64,000 bases of DNA, from the NCBI GenBank assembly GCA_041659205.1, contig JBAZYS010000002.1:1627-65626 (forward strand), given 5' to 3'. The notes under the pieces were generated by a model. That model was given only the letters and a program-made list of their open reading frames with translations. It did not search any database and was not told the DNA's origin. The stretch comes from Minisyncoccota bacterium (GTDB taxonomy: Bacteria; Patescibacteriota; Minisyncoccia; Phycocordibacterales; UBA9973). This document shows, in pieces, positions 18,603-28,994 of the stretch (positions are counted from its first letter, which is position 1; each line of letters opens with the position of its first letter). The position numbers were made by a program, and so were the translations under genes.

Positions 18603-21514
18603 GCCCCTGTACCATTTCCAGTATCACAAAGTGTGTCTGATGGAGCAGAGACAGAACAAGTAACTCCATCACAACCCAGAGTACCAGGAATTGAATTTGT
18701 CATTCCACAAGCATTGGCTGGATTACATGGGTTGCCTTGTTGAACTGAGCAAGCAACTCCTACGGTAATTGCTGTCCAAGGAGTAGGAGCACCAGTACTA
18801 CAGTTGTTTGTTTCATTTGATTCTGAGATCGTTCCAGTAAATGATGCATCATTGTCAGCACAAACACGCATATAGTATGTGCCTGCAGCTAAGGTCAGAG
18901 ATTTTGAAGTTGTGGTAGTTCCTCCTGCTGCTACAGCAGATGCCGTGGTTGTAGTGTAATTAGTTGGGTTACTTCCAGAAGAAAATGATGATATTTGAAA
19001 TAGATTTGTAAATCCTGCACCAGTGGTAGCTGTCCCAATGTTAGAAATTGTTGAAGTATATGTTTGAGCAACATTTGGAGTAGCCATGACTGGGGCTGGA
19101 GCAGAGGCAGTAAGGTCAGAAGCGGCGGCGGCGACAGTTACATCCGTCCAGGAACTACAATTGTTTCCTTCATTTACTCCTTCATCAATAACACCCAAGC
19201 TGTTACGGTTTGTTTTATCAGCACAAGTTCTGATTGAGAATGTTCCAGTGATTGGGAAAGTATATGATTTTGTAATTGCTCTAGTTGCTCCAGCAGCAAG
19301 AGCAGGTGTAGAGGCTGAAGCGATATCAGTTAATATTCCCTTTCCACCAGGAGCAGTTGCTACTTGAAAGAAATTTGAGAATGAAGCTCCAGTAGAACCA
19401 GTACCGATATTTGAAATGGTTGAAGAGAAAGTTGTCGCTACATTCACTGCCGCTATGGCTGGAGTAGGTGCAGAGGCAGTGAGATCGGGGAGACTAGATG
19501 CAGCAGGCAAACAAGTTACAGGGTTAGCTGCAGTATCCCAAGGACCAGCACAAATAGGAGTAAGTGTTGCGAAGGCAAGTTGTTGCGCATTGTTATACAA
19601 ATAAAAAGTTGTGTCTAATCCGCCATTGTATCCAATTGTAAAAGTCGCAGAACTATTGTTTGCATCTGGACCAGGATTTGGAGTAGCTCCATCTCCATTA
19701 GTCACATGAGAAACACCGACAGGATTTTGAGTTGTCCAGGTTAAAGTTTTGGAACATCCGCTTGCATTAGGTGGAAAAGTACAAGTAGGAGTAGCTGGTG
19801 TAAGGGTACCCGTCATGCCAACAGGGGCAATACAACTAGAAGTTGCTGTATCCCAAAACGACAATAGAGGATTTCCACATGTAGTACAAGTTGGAGGATC
19901 AGTAGCGCCATTAGTACATCCAGGATTTACATTTAGACTCGTCCAAAAAGTACAATTATTAAGTTTATATAATTCACCAGAGGTGCTCCCATTTAATGGA
20001 CCAGAATAAGTGGTATAGTCTGGACCATTTGCATTAGAGTAAACATTCGCAGGAGAAGTTCCGTTGACACAACCCATAACGAGATATTTTCCTTCTGAAG
20101 TTGTGAAATTAATTGGAGAAGAATAAATATAATTTGCTCCTGAGCCAGCAGCAGTAAAAGTTGAAGTGGTAGGATTAGAAGGATATTGAGTAATTACCCA
20201 TGAGTTACCAGGAACAGGAAGCGGAGCTTCACTCATGTTTGGAGTCCAAGCAATTCGCCAAAAAGAAGGAACACCAGAAACTGCAGGATACCATCCTCCT
20301 ATCTGTGCATTAAATAATGTTGGTTTACCTACATAGGGTACTCCGGACATAAGTGTAGGACTACTTTCTGCCACAAAATCAAGTGGTGTAGTAAACGTCA
20401 CGTCTGCACCATATGATGTGAAAACACTATTTGTAGCATATGCACGAACATAATAAGTCGCATTTGGTGTAAGCCCAACCATATTACTTGTCCAAGGACC
20501 ACCAAGTGCCCAGCCATCAGTTGTCATTCCTGAGTTACTACTAGTAGTAGGGTTAGCGGTCAAACTCCAAACCAAGCCGGCCACTGATACTGTGTCCCCT
20601 CCATTTGAAACTGTATTTCCACCCCCTGTTGCACTAGCAGTAGGAGCAGTCTGATTTATATTTGTAACTGGGCTTGTTGTAGTGACAGTAGGGGCAGAAG
20701 AAGATGCAAAAGCAAAAGTATAAGTACCAGCACCAGTAATAGGACCAGTTGTATAAACATTTCCTGACCATCCACCCAAAGGAGCTTTTAATTCATCCGA
20801 ACTAGTAACAGTAGATATAGTGCCGGAAGTTTTTGTGAAACTTGTAGTATTTCCTGAAGTTACTGATTGCGAGCTTGGAGTAATAGAACCAGAACCAACA
20901 ATAGCCGTATTAACTGTATATGAAGAAGCTCTTGCTGTTACAGTAAAAGATTTGGTTGCTGTTCCACAATCTGTATTGGGGCCTGAAGCACACATAGAGA
21001 CAGATAAAGTATAAGTTCCATTTGGAAGACTAGAAATATTCAAAGATTTAGATACAGTTGTAAATGTTCCGGGAGTTCCATTATCAATAGGAGGATCACT
21101 GTCATAAAACGAATACCTTCTAGGATCATCACAATTTGCATCTCCTTCTCGCCCTGCACTTGTTTGAGTAATATCGCTTAAAGCAATATTCCCAGTAACA
21201 GCAGTAGTAAGTACAGAAGCTGTCCCACTATCCATTAAATAGGGTGTTGCCACGTATGGTCCTCCAATATATCCACCCCAGTTATAGCCAGCATCCCAAT
21301 AAAAAGGAGTAAACTCACCACAATTTTCTCTAAAAGCTCCCGAGCGAGTTCCATTCGTTGAGTAAGTAAGAGTATTCTGATCAACTGAAAGATTGGTACT
21401 TAATGTAAATGCTGGGACCCAGACAGATCCAACAGCTAATACTTTTTCAATTTGAAAACTAACGAATAAAACAAACACAGCTAAAACAATAATTTTAAAT
21501 GATTTGTATTTCAT
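18461..21514 (-). CDS. Large secreted protein with FN3-like and two CARDB-like domains; paralog of the adjacent gene
   Basis: Signal peptide; LTPNATYYVRAYATN; two DLTASAP...STISNIGT...CAD...E.NNC units; shares N- and C-termini with 15679-18348. Confidence 0.75.
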   Translation of the reverse strand: MKYKSFKIIVLAVFVLFVSFQIEKVLAVGSVWVPAFTLSTNLSVDQNTLTYSTNGTRSGAFRENCGEFTPFYWDAGYNWGGYIGGPYVATPYLMDSGTASVLTTAVTGNIALSDITQTSAGREGDANCDDPRRYSFYDSDPPIDNGTPGTFTTVSKSLNISSLPNGTYTLSVSMCASGPNTDCGTATKSFTVTARASSYTVNTAIVGSGSITPSSQSVTSGNTTSFTKTSGTISTVTSSDELKAPLGGWSGNVYTTGPITGAGTYTFAFASSSAPTVTTTSPVTNINQTAPTASATGGGNTVSNGGDTVSVAGLVWSLTANPTTSSNSGMTTDGWALGGPWTSNMVGLTPNATYYVRAYATNSVFTSYGADVTFTTPLDFVAESSPTLMSGVPYVGKPTLFNAQIGGWYPAVSGVPSFWRIAWTPNMSEAPLPVPGNSWVITQYPSNPTTSTFTAAGSGANYIYSSPINFTTSEGKYLVMGCVNGTSPANVYSNANGPDYTTYSGPLNGSTSGELYKLNNCTFWTSLNVNPGCTNGATDPPTCTTCGNPLLSFWDTATSSCIAPVGMTGTLTPATPTCTFPPNASGCSKTLTWTTQNPVGVSHVTNGDGATPNPGPDANNSSATFTIGYNGGLDTTFYLYNNAQQLAFATLTPICAGPWDTAANPVTCLPAASSLPDLTASAPTPAIAAVNVATTFSSTISNIGTGSTGASFSNFFQVATAPGGKGILTDIASASTPALAAGATRAITKSYTFPITGTFSIRTCADKTNRNSLGVIDEGVNEGNNCSSWTDVTVAAAASDLTASAPAPVMATPNVAQTYTSTISNIGTATTGAGFTNLFQISSFSSGSNPTNYTTTTASAVAAGGTTTTSKSLTLAAGTYYMRVCADNDASFTGTISESNETNNCSTGAPTPWTAITVGVACSVQQGNPCNPANACGMTNSIPGTLGCDGVTCSVSAPSDTLCDTGNGTGACGVAHYACVPSSTSSTNRTSSTSKWTWKCGTTACTELKKKPIFIEN

Positions 21515-21581
21515 AATACATAAATTATACTACAAAATTATTATAAGTGAAAAAGTTATTAACACACTTTTATATTAAAAT

Positions 21582-21618
21582 AAAAAACCGCCAAGAAACC
21601 AAAAGGTTTCGAGGCGGT
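21582..21618 (-). terminator. Intrinsic terminator
   Basis: On minus strand ACCGCC..GAAACC-TTTT-GGTTTC..GGCGGT followed by a T tract. Confidence 0.7.
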
Positions 21619-21641
21619 CCGATTTGTAATTCCTCACAACT

Positions 21642-22871
21642 TCACTGAGGAATGATAAGCTTGGTCACTTCAATCGAGGAAGATTCTCCGTGGGGGAACC
21701 CAGACGTGACCACCAACCAATAACGGGGGCCAGTCATTTCAACAGGAACCTTGACAATCAGGTTCTCCGGGACTTGGGTATATGACACCCTAATCGGAAA
21801 CTCCTGGATGAAGTTGTAGATTTTAGCAACCGGCGTGGAGGAGAATGATCCTCCAATCAATAACCCGGCATCTACTTTTGTCACTTGTTGCAGAGGGCCA
21901 AATAGGGTTGAACCCATGAGAACCCCCACCTTCGCTATCACGGACGTTTTCTCGCCCGTTTCTGAGGTGATTTCGATTTTGAAGGTTGCAATTCCCGAGG
22001 CCCAATACTTCTTGGTACCATCGGGCAACACATCGTAGAAACCTTCCCCGTAGTACAACTGCATTGAACTATATCCAGATGCATCAGGGCCAAGCGTCCC
22101 AGAAACTATATAAGTGAAATCGCTCTCACCGGGCTTCTGGACAGAAGCGGTCATGGTCCGAGTAGTACCAAGAGCCTTGGGAACCGTGGATGCCCCCTCA
22201 ACTAAACAGCTCGTGGTCCCGCTTACGTTTGCATCTTTGTAGAAAACATTGATGCACATTTCCACCGTCGGGCTAGCAAATGACATCACGAAGTCATTCC
22301 CCGATGAATTAGCGTTGTTCACGCCGATATCCCTGCCGTTGGGATAGGAATTATAACCGAACTTCTCAGCCTTAGCTGTGTAGTTCCCTGTGGGCACACC
22401 TACGAAGGTGTAGTTGCCATAACCGTCTGTGACCACAGACTTGCCGGTCGGCAACAAAGTAATGGTGACAAAAGTCGCGCCTGTCACCTTACCCGAAACC
22501 GAATAGGTCGCAGGTGGGGGCGGGTCTTTCGTCGCCGTCAAGATGCCTGTAGAATTTCCACTAACTACGGGAATTGTGTATACGTATGTCCCGACAGCTA
22601 CGCCGGGTGCGATTGTTCCAATCAAGGGTGTAACCACAGGATCGGAATACCCCGCATCTAATGTGAAGGTAAACGAAGTCCCTGAGCCCTGCGTCACCGT
22701 AGTCGCAGGAGGGGTTGAATGCGTCCCTTCCCTTGCGTCGATGGTTGTCGTGCAATACACGACAGGTGGAGGATCTGGCTTTGTGTTGCCACCGCCACCT
22801 CCACCACAGCTGATGAGTCCGAATGCTACGGACGACACCAAAGAATTACGAAGAACGAATTGCTTAAACAT
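21642..22871 (-). CDS. Putative lipoprotein with carboxypeptidase-regulatory-like (Ig/transthyretin-like) domain
   Basis: Lipobox-like LISC then GGGGGG; YSVSGKVTG...TDGYGNYTFVGVPTGNYT; GGAGGG SD before ATG at 22871; GC-richer than flanks. Confidence 0.65.
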   Translation of the reverse strand: MFKQFVLRNSLVSSVAFGLISCGGGGGGNTKPDPPPVVYCTTTIDAREGTHSTPPATTVTQGSGTSFTFTLDAGYSDPVVTPLIGTIAPGVAVGTYVYTIPVVSGNSTGILTATKDPPPPATYSVSGKVTGATFVTITLLPTGKSVVTDGYGNYTFVGVPTGNYTAKAEKFGYNSYPNGRDIGVNNANSSGNDFVMSFASPTVEMCINVFYKDANVSGTTSCLVEGASTVPKALGTTRTMTASVQKPGESDFTYIVSGTLGPDASGYSSMQLYYGEGFYDVLPDGTKKYWASGIATFKIEITSETGEKTSVIAKVGVLMGSTLFGPLQQVTKVDAGLLIGGSFSSTPVAKIYNFIQEFPIRVSYTQVPENLIVKVPVEMTGPRYWLVVTSGFPHGESSSIEVTKLIIPQ

Positions 22872-23143
22872 GATACCCTCCCATGGGATGTCCGTAATCA
22901 TACGGAAAAGAAATTGGCGAAATTGCCATTCCTAATTTCAAGAACTAATTTAATTTATTATTTCCTCTCTTTTATTTCAAGGTGCAAAACTATTCCTAAA
23001 CCATATTTATACCATAAATTTACACAAATTGCAAATGATTTATTTTATATTGGAAATTACAGTATTTGACTTTTTTATCTTTATATTACATAATTTAAAT
23101 GCAGTAGTTCGTTGAAATTAACCCACTATCCCCTGGAGGATAT

Positions 23144-23941
23144 ATGAAAAGCAAACTGAGTATTTGTGTTTTGCTGTTTCTTGTCTCCCTGGGATTAAGT
23201 GCCCAAGACAAACAAGAGACTCCGATATTCAAGACAACTGGAAAATATCAGAAGGTCGGATACTCCAGCTGGACAGAATATTGTGAGGATAAAAGTTTCC
23301 TGATGCAGGAAAAAACTATCCTCTTTACCGTCGGCAAAGAAGGAGTCATCCCGTCGGTGAAACTAATGGGAATTCCTTTGGACTGGTTCGTAGAAGCAAC
23401 GGCCGGAGCCACGTATTACAATGGCTCAGAAATCCTCACCAACATTCCCAAAAAAGCTATCGACGCTTATGCGGGAGTAAGGGGAGAAATCATTTCCCAT
23501 ATACCGATTGCAAAAAATAATCATTACTCGTTTGGGACGATGTTCCGAATTGGAAATGCTGTCTTTGCGAAGACAGCTGGCCCAGAAATCTGGAACGAGC
23601 TTTATGTAAAGGCTGGGGTGGAAGGAACACTTCATTTCCAAAATTCCAAACTTTTCATGAACGCTGGAATTGTCCAGCCAATTCTCGTCGTAAACCATGG
23701 CCTGCATCTTAACATCAGCTTTACCGATGGGGTCTATCTACCCCATGGGCACACCTCTGCTTTTGGTGAAATCGGCCTCGTAACAAATGGCCACAAGGTA
23801 TCAATCGCCTACGATTCAATGAATCTCGGCAGCTCCCCCACGGTAAAATCACATGAAATTGGGGGATCCAGAATCATTGAGTTTGCCCAGCCTGACACTC
23901 GTTCATATACGGTGTCACTCAAGTTCAGCACTCGTTTTTAA
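23144..23941 (+). CDS. Hypothetical secreted protein, beta-strand-rich with terminal Phe
   Basis: Signal peptide; GGAGGA SD; ends YTVSLKFSTRF; own promoter and terminator. Confidence 0.65.
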   Translation: MKSKLSICVLLFLVSLGLSAQDKQETPIFKTTGKYQKVGYSSWTEYCEDKSFLMQEKTILFTVGKEGVIPSVKLMGIPLDWFVEATAGATYYNGSEILTNIPKKAIDAYAGVRGEIISHIPIAKNNHYSFGTMFRIGNAVFAKTAGPEIWNELYVKAGVEGTLHFQNSKLFMNAGIVQPILVVNHGLHLNISFTDGVYLPHGHTSAFGEIGLVTNGHKVSIAYDSMNLGSSPTVKSHEIGGSRIIEFAQPDTRSYTVSLKFSTRF

Positions 23942-23950
23942 GCATCAAAT

Positions 23951-23976
23951 GGCCCTACCGGAAGGTGGGGCTTTTT
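23951..23976 (+). terminator. Intrinsic terminator
   Basis: GCCCTACC-GGAA-GGTGGGGC-TTTTT. Confidence 0.75.
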
Positions 23977-23987
23977 ATATAAAAGTC

Positions 23988-24053
23988 TTGCATTAAAACA
24001 TATTTTATGATATTCTAGTCTCGTATGAGTCCTGTCAGAACAGGGCTTTTTTT
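23988..24053 (+). promoter_or_regulatory. nusA promoter with leader terminator (attenuator candidate)
   Basis: TTGCAT-17-TATTCT, then AGTCCTGT-CAGA-ACAGGGCT-TTTTTT. Confidence 0.6.
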
Positions 24054-24158
24054 AATAAAATTTAATAAAAATTGCGTCGCATATTGGCCGCGTCCTAAAG
24101 GACTTACGCGGCACGATTCCGCAGAATCGACATTTACGCGAAGTGATTAGCAAAACCA

Positions 24159-25352
24159 ATGTTAGATATAAAAACATTCAAATCAGCGTTAGAACAGTTA
24201 GAGCAAGAAAGGAAAATTCCAAAAGCAAAAATACTCGAGGCAATAGAACAAGCGATGGCCGCCGCTTACAAAAAAGATTACGGCAAGAAAGGACAAATAG
24301 TCCGAGCAAAGTTTGATATGGAAACTGGTAAAACAGATTTCTTCCAAGTAAAAATTGTCGTCGATGAAAGTATCGCAATCCTAGACGGAGAAAAAGAAGA
24401 AGAAAAAGCAGATGCCGGACATAAAAAACATCAGCCAGAATATTCTATAAAGAATGAAGGTGATGAGCGCGTGCATTTTAATTCCGAACACCACATCTTA
24501 TTAGAAGATGCTAAAAAAATAAAAAAGGGAGTAGAACTCAACGATGAGATTATTTTCCCCTTGGAAGCAAAAGATGATTACGGTCGCATCGCTGCTCAGA
24601 CAGCCAAGCAAGTCATTGTTCAGAAAATTCGTGAAGCTGAACGCACATCCATCATAGATGAATATGGCACCAAAGAAGGAGAAATTATTTCTGGAATTGT
24701 TCAGAAAGTTGAAAGAGGAAATGTCTATGTTGATTTCAACAGAGCAACAGGAATACTTCCTGCGGAAGAACAAATCCCTGGAGAATATTGGGAGCGTGGA
24801 CGCAGAGTCCGAGCATATTTATATAGCGTAGAAGACACACCAAGAGGTATCAACCTCCGTCTTTCTCGTACTCATCCTAAATTTATTGAAAAACTTTTCG
24901 CAGTTGAAGCACCTGAAATAGAAAACGGCATTGTGGAAATAAAATCAGTTGCCCGCGAAGCAGGTGCTCGTTCAAAAATCGCTGTTCATTCAAACGATGA
25001 ACATATCGACGCTGTCGGCTCATGCGTCGGGCAAAAAGGTACTCGCGTAAATACTATTACGACAGAACTTTCGGGAGAGAAAATTGATATAATCCCCTGG
25101 TCAGAAAATCCAATGCAGTTCGTCTCGAATGCCCTTTCCCCTGCAAAAGTTATTAATATCGAAATAGATGAAAAAGAACATAAAGCAATAGTAGAAGTAG
25201 CAAATGATCAGCTTTCTCTCGCTATTGGTAAAGGTGGACAAAATGTCCGCCTCGCCGCAAAACTTACAGGCTGGAGAATAGATATCAAGGGTGATGATAA
25301 AGAAGTCGCTAGTACTGATGGAGAAAAAGTTGAAATAATTGAGGAAAAATAA
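24159..25352 (+). CDS. nusA: Transcription termination factor NusA
   Basis: GRIAAQTAKQ, S1 domain, AREAGARSKIAV, GSCVGQKG, LAIGKGGQNVRLAAKLTGWRIDI. Confidence 0.97.
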   Translation: MLDIKTFKSALEQLEQERKIPKAKILEAIEQAMAAAYKKDYGKKGQIVRAKFDMETGKTDFFQVKIVVDESIAILDGEKEEEKADAGHKKHQPEYSIKNEGDERVHFNSEHHILLEDAKKIKKGVELNDEIIFPLEAKDDYGRIAAQTAKQVIVQKIREAERTSIIDEYGTKEGEIISGIVQKVERGNVYVDFNRATGILPAEEQIPGEYWERGRRVRAYLYSVEDTPRGINLRLSRTHPKFIEKLFAVEAPEIENGIVEIKSVAREAGARSKIAVHSNDEHIDAVGSCVGQKGTRVNTITTELSGEKIDIIPWSENPMQFVSNALSPAKVINIEIDEKEHKAIVEVANDQLSLAIGKGGQNVRLAAKLTGWRIDIKGDDKEVASTDGEKVEIIEEK

Positions 25353-25380
25353 AAAAATTATTATTAGTTATTTAACACAA

Positions 25381-25459
25381 GCCAAACAAATTATCTTTCT
25401 TTCTTCAGGTCCTCGGAAAAAATCCCCAGACCATTCAGAAATAAAATAATTTGTTTGGC
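25381..25459. repeat. Structured repeat family C, copy C1
   Basis: Outer stem GCCAAACAAATTAT/ATAATTTGTTTGGC; core TTTCTTCAGGTCCTCGGA...CCAGACCATTCAGAAA matches the reverse complement of the insert in comM. Confidence 0.75.
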
Positions 25460-25468
25460 AAAAAAAAT

Positions 25469-27481
25469 ATGAATTCATTTTTATTGTTTGCAATCATTAG
25501 TTCATTTATCGCTATCGTTTACGGTTTGTTTCTCGCTAAATCAATATTAAAAAAGAGTCCTGGAAATGCACGCATGCAAGAAATTGCTAAAGCAATCCAA
25601 GAAGGAGCTGGCGCTTATTTAAATAAACAATATAAAACTATTGGTATCATTGCTGTAATTCTTTTCTTTTTCATTGCCTTTACTCCAAAGCTCGGCTTTA
25701 CAATGGCTATGGGCTTTTTAGTAGGAGCTGTTTTTTCTGCTCTTGCAGGATATATCGGAATGAATGTCTCCGTTCGAGCAAATGTTCGAACGACAGAAGC
25801 TGCTAGAAGTGGAATCAATGAAGCCCTTTCTCTTGCTTTCAAGGGTGGCACAGTTACTGGACTTCTCGTAGTCGGCCTTGCTCTCCTTGGGGTCACTGCT
25901 TTTTATGCAATTACAAAAGACGTCACCGCTCTCGTCGGACTTGGTTTCGGTGCATCTCTTATTTCTATTTTTGCCAGATTAGGTGGAGGAATTTTTACTA
26001 AAGCCGCAGACGTCGGTGCAGACCTCGTCGGTAAACTCGAAGCTGGAATTCCAGAAGATGATCCAAGAAATCCTGGAGTAATCGCAGACAATGTCGGAGA
26101 CAATGTCGGAGATTGCGCTGGTATGGCCGCTGACTTATTTGAAACTTATGCTGTAACTTCAGTCGCTACGATGCTCCTCGGTTCACTTCTTTTTATCGGT
26201 TTCGAAAACGCTATCATCTACCCACTCGTAATCGGTGGAATGGCAATATTTGCATCTATCATCGGTACTTGGTTTGTCCGTCTAGGTAAATCTCAAAATA
26301 TAATGGGCGCATTATACAAAGGCCTCATCGCTTCTGGAATTATCGCAGCAGCACTTTTTTATCCTGTTACAAAATTACTAATGGAAGGAAATGGTAAGTA
26401 CTCAGTTGATGCTTTATTTATTTGTTCTCTTGTAGGTCTTTTTGTTACTGGAGCACTCGTCGTAATTACAGAATATTTTACCTCTACAAAATACTACCCA
26501 GTAAAATCAATTGCGGAAGCTTCCATTTCAGGTCACGGAACAAATGTTATTCAAGGTTTAGCTATTTCTATGAAATCTACTGCATTGCCTTTAATCACAA
26601 TTGTTTTAGGAATTTTAATTAGTTATCAATCTGCTGGACTCTATGGTATCGCCGTCGCCGCAATGTCTATGCTCTCAATGACTGGAATCATCGTAGCAAT
26701 AGATGCTTATGGTCCCATCACAGACAATGCTGGAGGTATTGCAGAGATGGCAGAACTTCCTGAATCAGTTCGTAATGTCACCGACCCTCTCGATGCAGTT
26801 GGAAATACTACTAAAGCTGTTACCAAAGGTTATGCTATCGGTTCTGCCGGTTTGGCAGCTCTTGTTCTATTCGCTTCTTATACAGAAGAAATTATAAAAG
26901 CGGGAAAAGCTATTACTTTTGATTTAACTAATCCATATGTAATCGTCGGTCTCTTCTTAGGAGGACTCCTCCCATATTACTTCGGTGCACTTTGCATGGA
27001 AGCAGTCGGAAAAACTGCCGGAAAAGTAGTAGAAGAAATTCGTAGACAATTCAGAGAGATAAAAGGAATTATGGAAGGTACGGCAAAGCCAGATTATGCT
27101 AAAGCAGTTTCCATCATCACTGGTGCTGCTATCAAACAAATGATTTTGCCAGCGCTTATCCCTGTCCTTGCCCCAATAATTGTTATTTTAGTTTTCGGAA
27201 AAGATAATGGCTTGATAGTTCTTGGAGGACTCCTCGTAGGTTCTATCATCACGGGACTCTTTGTCGCAATTTCAATGACCTCAGGTGGAGGCGCATGGGA
27301 CAATGCTAAAAAACACATTGAACAAGGAAACCATGGAGGAAAAGGAAGTGATGCCCACAAGGCTGCTGTTACGGGTGATACTGTCGGAGACCCTTATAAA
27401 GACACTGCAGGGCCTGCAATAAACCCAATGATAAAAATCTTAAACATTGTAGCCCTACTTTTGGTAGTTTTCTTGATATAA
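25469..27481 (+). CDS. hppA: Membrane-bound H+-translocating pyrophosphatase (K+-independent signature)
   Basis: [33 protein letters not shown] (Lys variant), [11 protein letters not shown]. Confidence 0.95.
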   Translation: MNSFLLFAIISSFIAIVYGLFLAKSILKKSPGNARMQEIAKAIQEGAGAYLNKQYKTIGIIAVILFFFIAFTPKLGFTMAMGFLVGAVFSALAGYIGMNVSVRANVRTTEAARSGINEALSLAFKGGTVTGLLVVGLALLGVTAFYAITKDVTALVGLGFGASLISIFARLGGGIFTKAADVGADLVGKLEAGIPEDDPRNPGVIADNVGDNVGDCAGMAADLFETYAVTSVATMLLGSLLFIGFENAIIYPLVIGGMAIFASIIGTWFVRLGKSQNIMGALYKGLIASGIIAAALFYPVTKLLMEGNGKYSVDALFICSLVGLFVTGALVVITEYFTSTKYYPVKSIAEASISGHGTNVIQGLAISMKSTALPLITIVLGILISYQSAGLYGIAVAAMSMLSMTGIIVAIDAYGPITDNAGGIAEMAELPESVRNVTDPLDAVGNTTKAVTKGYAIGSAGLAALVLFASYTEEIIKAGKAITFDLTNPYVIVGLFLGGLLPYYFGALCMEAVGKTAGKVVEEIRRQFREIKGIMEGTAKPDYAKAVSIITGAAIKQMILPALIPVLAPIIVILVFGKDNGLIVLGGLLVGSIITGLFVAISMTSGGGAWDNAKKHIEQGNHGGKGSDAHKAAVTGDTVGDPYKDTAGPAINPMIKILNIVALLLVVFLI

Positions 27482-27606
27482 CCTCTGTAATATTTACACC
27501 TTTACAACGTCATAATTAGTGTATAATAAATAGTGTCGAGCTATTTATTATTACTAATTTTATTCGTTGTTAATTAACTTACCCACTATACGCGGGTAAA
27601 AAAATT

Positions 27607-28626
27607 ATGAAAAAATATTTAAGTTTATTTGTTGTTTTATTAATGGCATTTGCTATAAATTCAAATGTTTCAAAAGCAGAGGACGGTAAATCGTCTGATG
27701 CATCACTAGGAGCTGAAATTAAAATCCAAGCTGATTTAGGGATAAAAAGTGAAGAATCAAAATCTGATGATGAGAAAGATAGTATTGATGATGATCGTGA
27801 TGGTATCTCTGACGCAGAAGACCAAGATGATGATAATGATGGAATACTTGATATAAATGATACGAAATCATTAGATCATGATAATGATGGTATTGCTGAT
27901 TCTAAAGATAGTGATGACGACAATGATGGATTACTTGATATAAAAGATTCAAAACTTTTCGATCATGATAACGATGGTACAACTGACGTTCTAGACCAAG
28001 ATGATGATAATGATGGAATCCTTGATATAAATGACACAAGACCATTTGATCGCAATAATGATGGCAAAAATGACAATGAAGACAAAGCCACAGAAACAAA
28101 AAGAGAAGCGGTTAAAAAACAAATAGAAGCCATTCGAGAAGAGGCTAAACAAAAAATAGAAGCCCTCAGAGAAAGCATCAAAAATGAAAAAGATGATGCT
28201 AAAGCAAAAATCAAAAAGGAAAGAATGGATGGAAGAGAAAATGCATTGGAAAGATTTGATGATGCAGTAAAAAGAATTAGTGAGTTAAAAGACAAAGTAA
28301 GTGCTCAAATAAATAAACTTGAATTGAAGTTAGTAAATGTTACTGCTGCAAAAGTTTTTGTGACTACAGCTGATACCAAGTTAGCTGATACTAAAGCAAA
28401 AATTGCAGAAGCTCATGTATTGCTTGCCCTATCAATCAATGAATTAACTGCAGAAAATAAAACAAAGTTAAGAACCCTCGCACAAGAAACCCAAACCCTT
28501 ATCGTTGAAGCTCACAAAGCATTAAATAATGCCGTTAAATCATTAAAAGAAGCAGTGAAACTAAAAATAGAGGCTGAAGCAAAGATTAAAGCTGAAACTT
28601 CTGCAACAACAACAGGAGATAATTAA
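27607..28626 (+). CDS. Secreted protein with thrombospondin type 3-like Ca-binding repeats and coiled coil
   Basis: Signal peptide; three 29-aa DxDNDG..D..DxDDDNDG.LDI.D units; Lys/Glu/Ala-rich helical C-terminus. Confidence 0.75.
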   Translation: MKKYLSLFVVLLMAFAINSNVSKAEDGKSSDASLGAEIKIQADLGIKSEESKSDDEKDSIDDDRDGISDAEDQDDDNDGILDINDTKSLDHDNDGIADSKDSDDDNDGLLDIKDSKLFDHDNDGTTDVLDQDDDNDGILDINDTRPFDRNNDGKNDNEDKATETKREAVKKQIEAIREEAKQKIEALRESIKNEKDDAKAKIKKERMDGRENALERFDDAVKRISELKDKVSAQINKLELKLVNVTAAKVFVTTADTKLADTKAKIAEAHVLLALSINELTAENKTKLRTLAQETQTLIVEAHKALNNAVKSLKEAVKLKIEAEAKIKAETSATTTGDN

Positions 28627-28680
28627 TAAATTTGAAAAAAATATTATAAATTTACTTGTCCCGCTAAGCGGGGAAAAAAT

Positions 28681-28914
28681 ATGGAACCAGAAAAAAAATC
28701 AAATGGAGCCCTAATTGGATTAATTGTTATTGTTGTTATCCTTATCATAGGAGGAATCTATATGTGGCAATCAAAAGTAAAAACTACTTTAGAAGATAAA
28801 AAATTGCAAACAGAAAATGTGGTTCCTGCAGATGCTAATGAATTAAATGCGTTAGGCCAAACCATAGATACCACAGATACAAATGTGGGAGTAGATATAA
28901 CAACTGTAAAATAA
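28681..28914 (+). CDS. Small single-pass membrane protein
   Basis: One hydrophobic helix; followed by a terminator. Confidence 0.7.
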   Translation: MEPEKKSNGALIGLIVIVVILIIGGIYMWQSKVKTTLEDKKLQTENVVPADANELNALGQTIDTTDTNVGVDITTVK

Positions 28915-28920
28915 AATATC

Positions 28921-28956
28921 AAAATAAAAATCCCTGGAAACGGGGATTTTTATTTT
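28921..28956 (+). terminator. Intrinsic terminator
   Basis: AAAATAAAAATCCCTG-GAAA-CGGGGATTTTTATTTT. Confidence 0.8.
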
Positions 28957-28994
28957 GTTTTGACAAAAGACGCTCTTAAATATAGTATAGAGTC

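Noticed and set aside
24087-24115. Second hammerhead in the nusA leader (shares GTCCTAAAGGAC with stem II)
   Set aside because: Lacks the flanking CTGATGA and GAAA core.
27785-28080. 87-bp periodic repeats as a CRISPR array
   Set aside because: Degenerate at codon third positions, in frame, encoding Asp-rich Ca-binding repeats; no unique spacers or cas genes.
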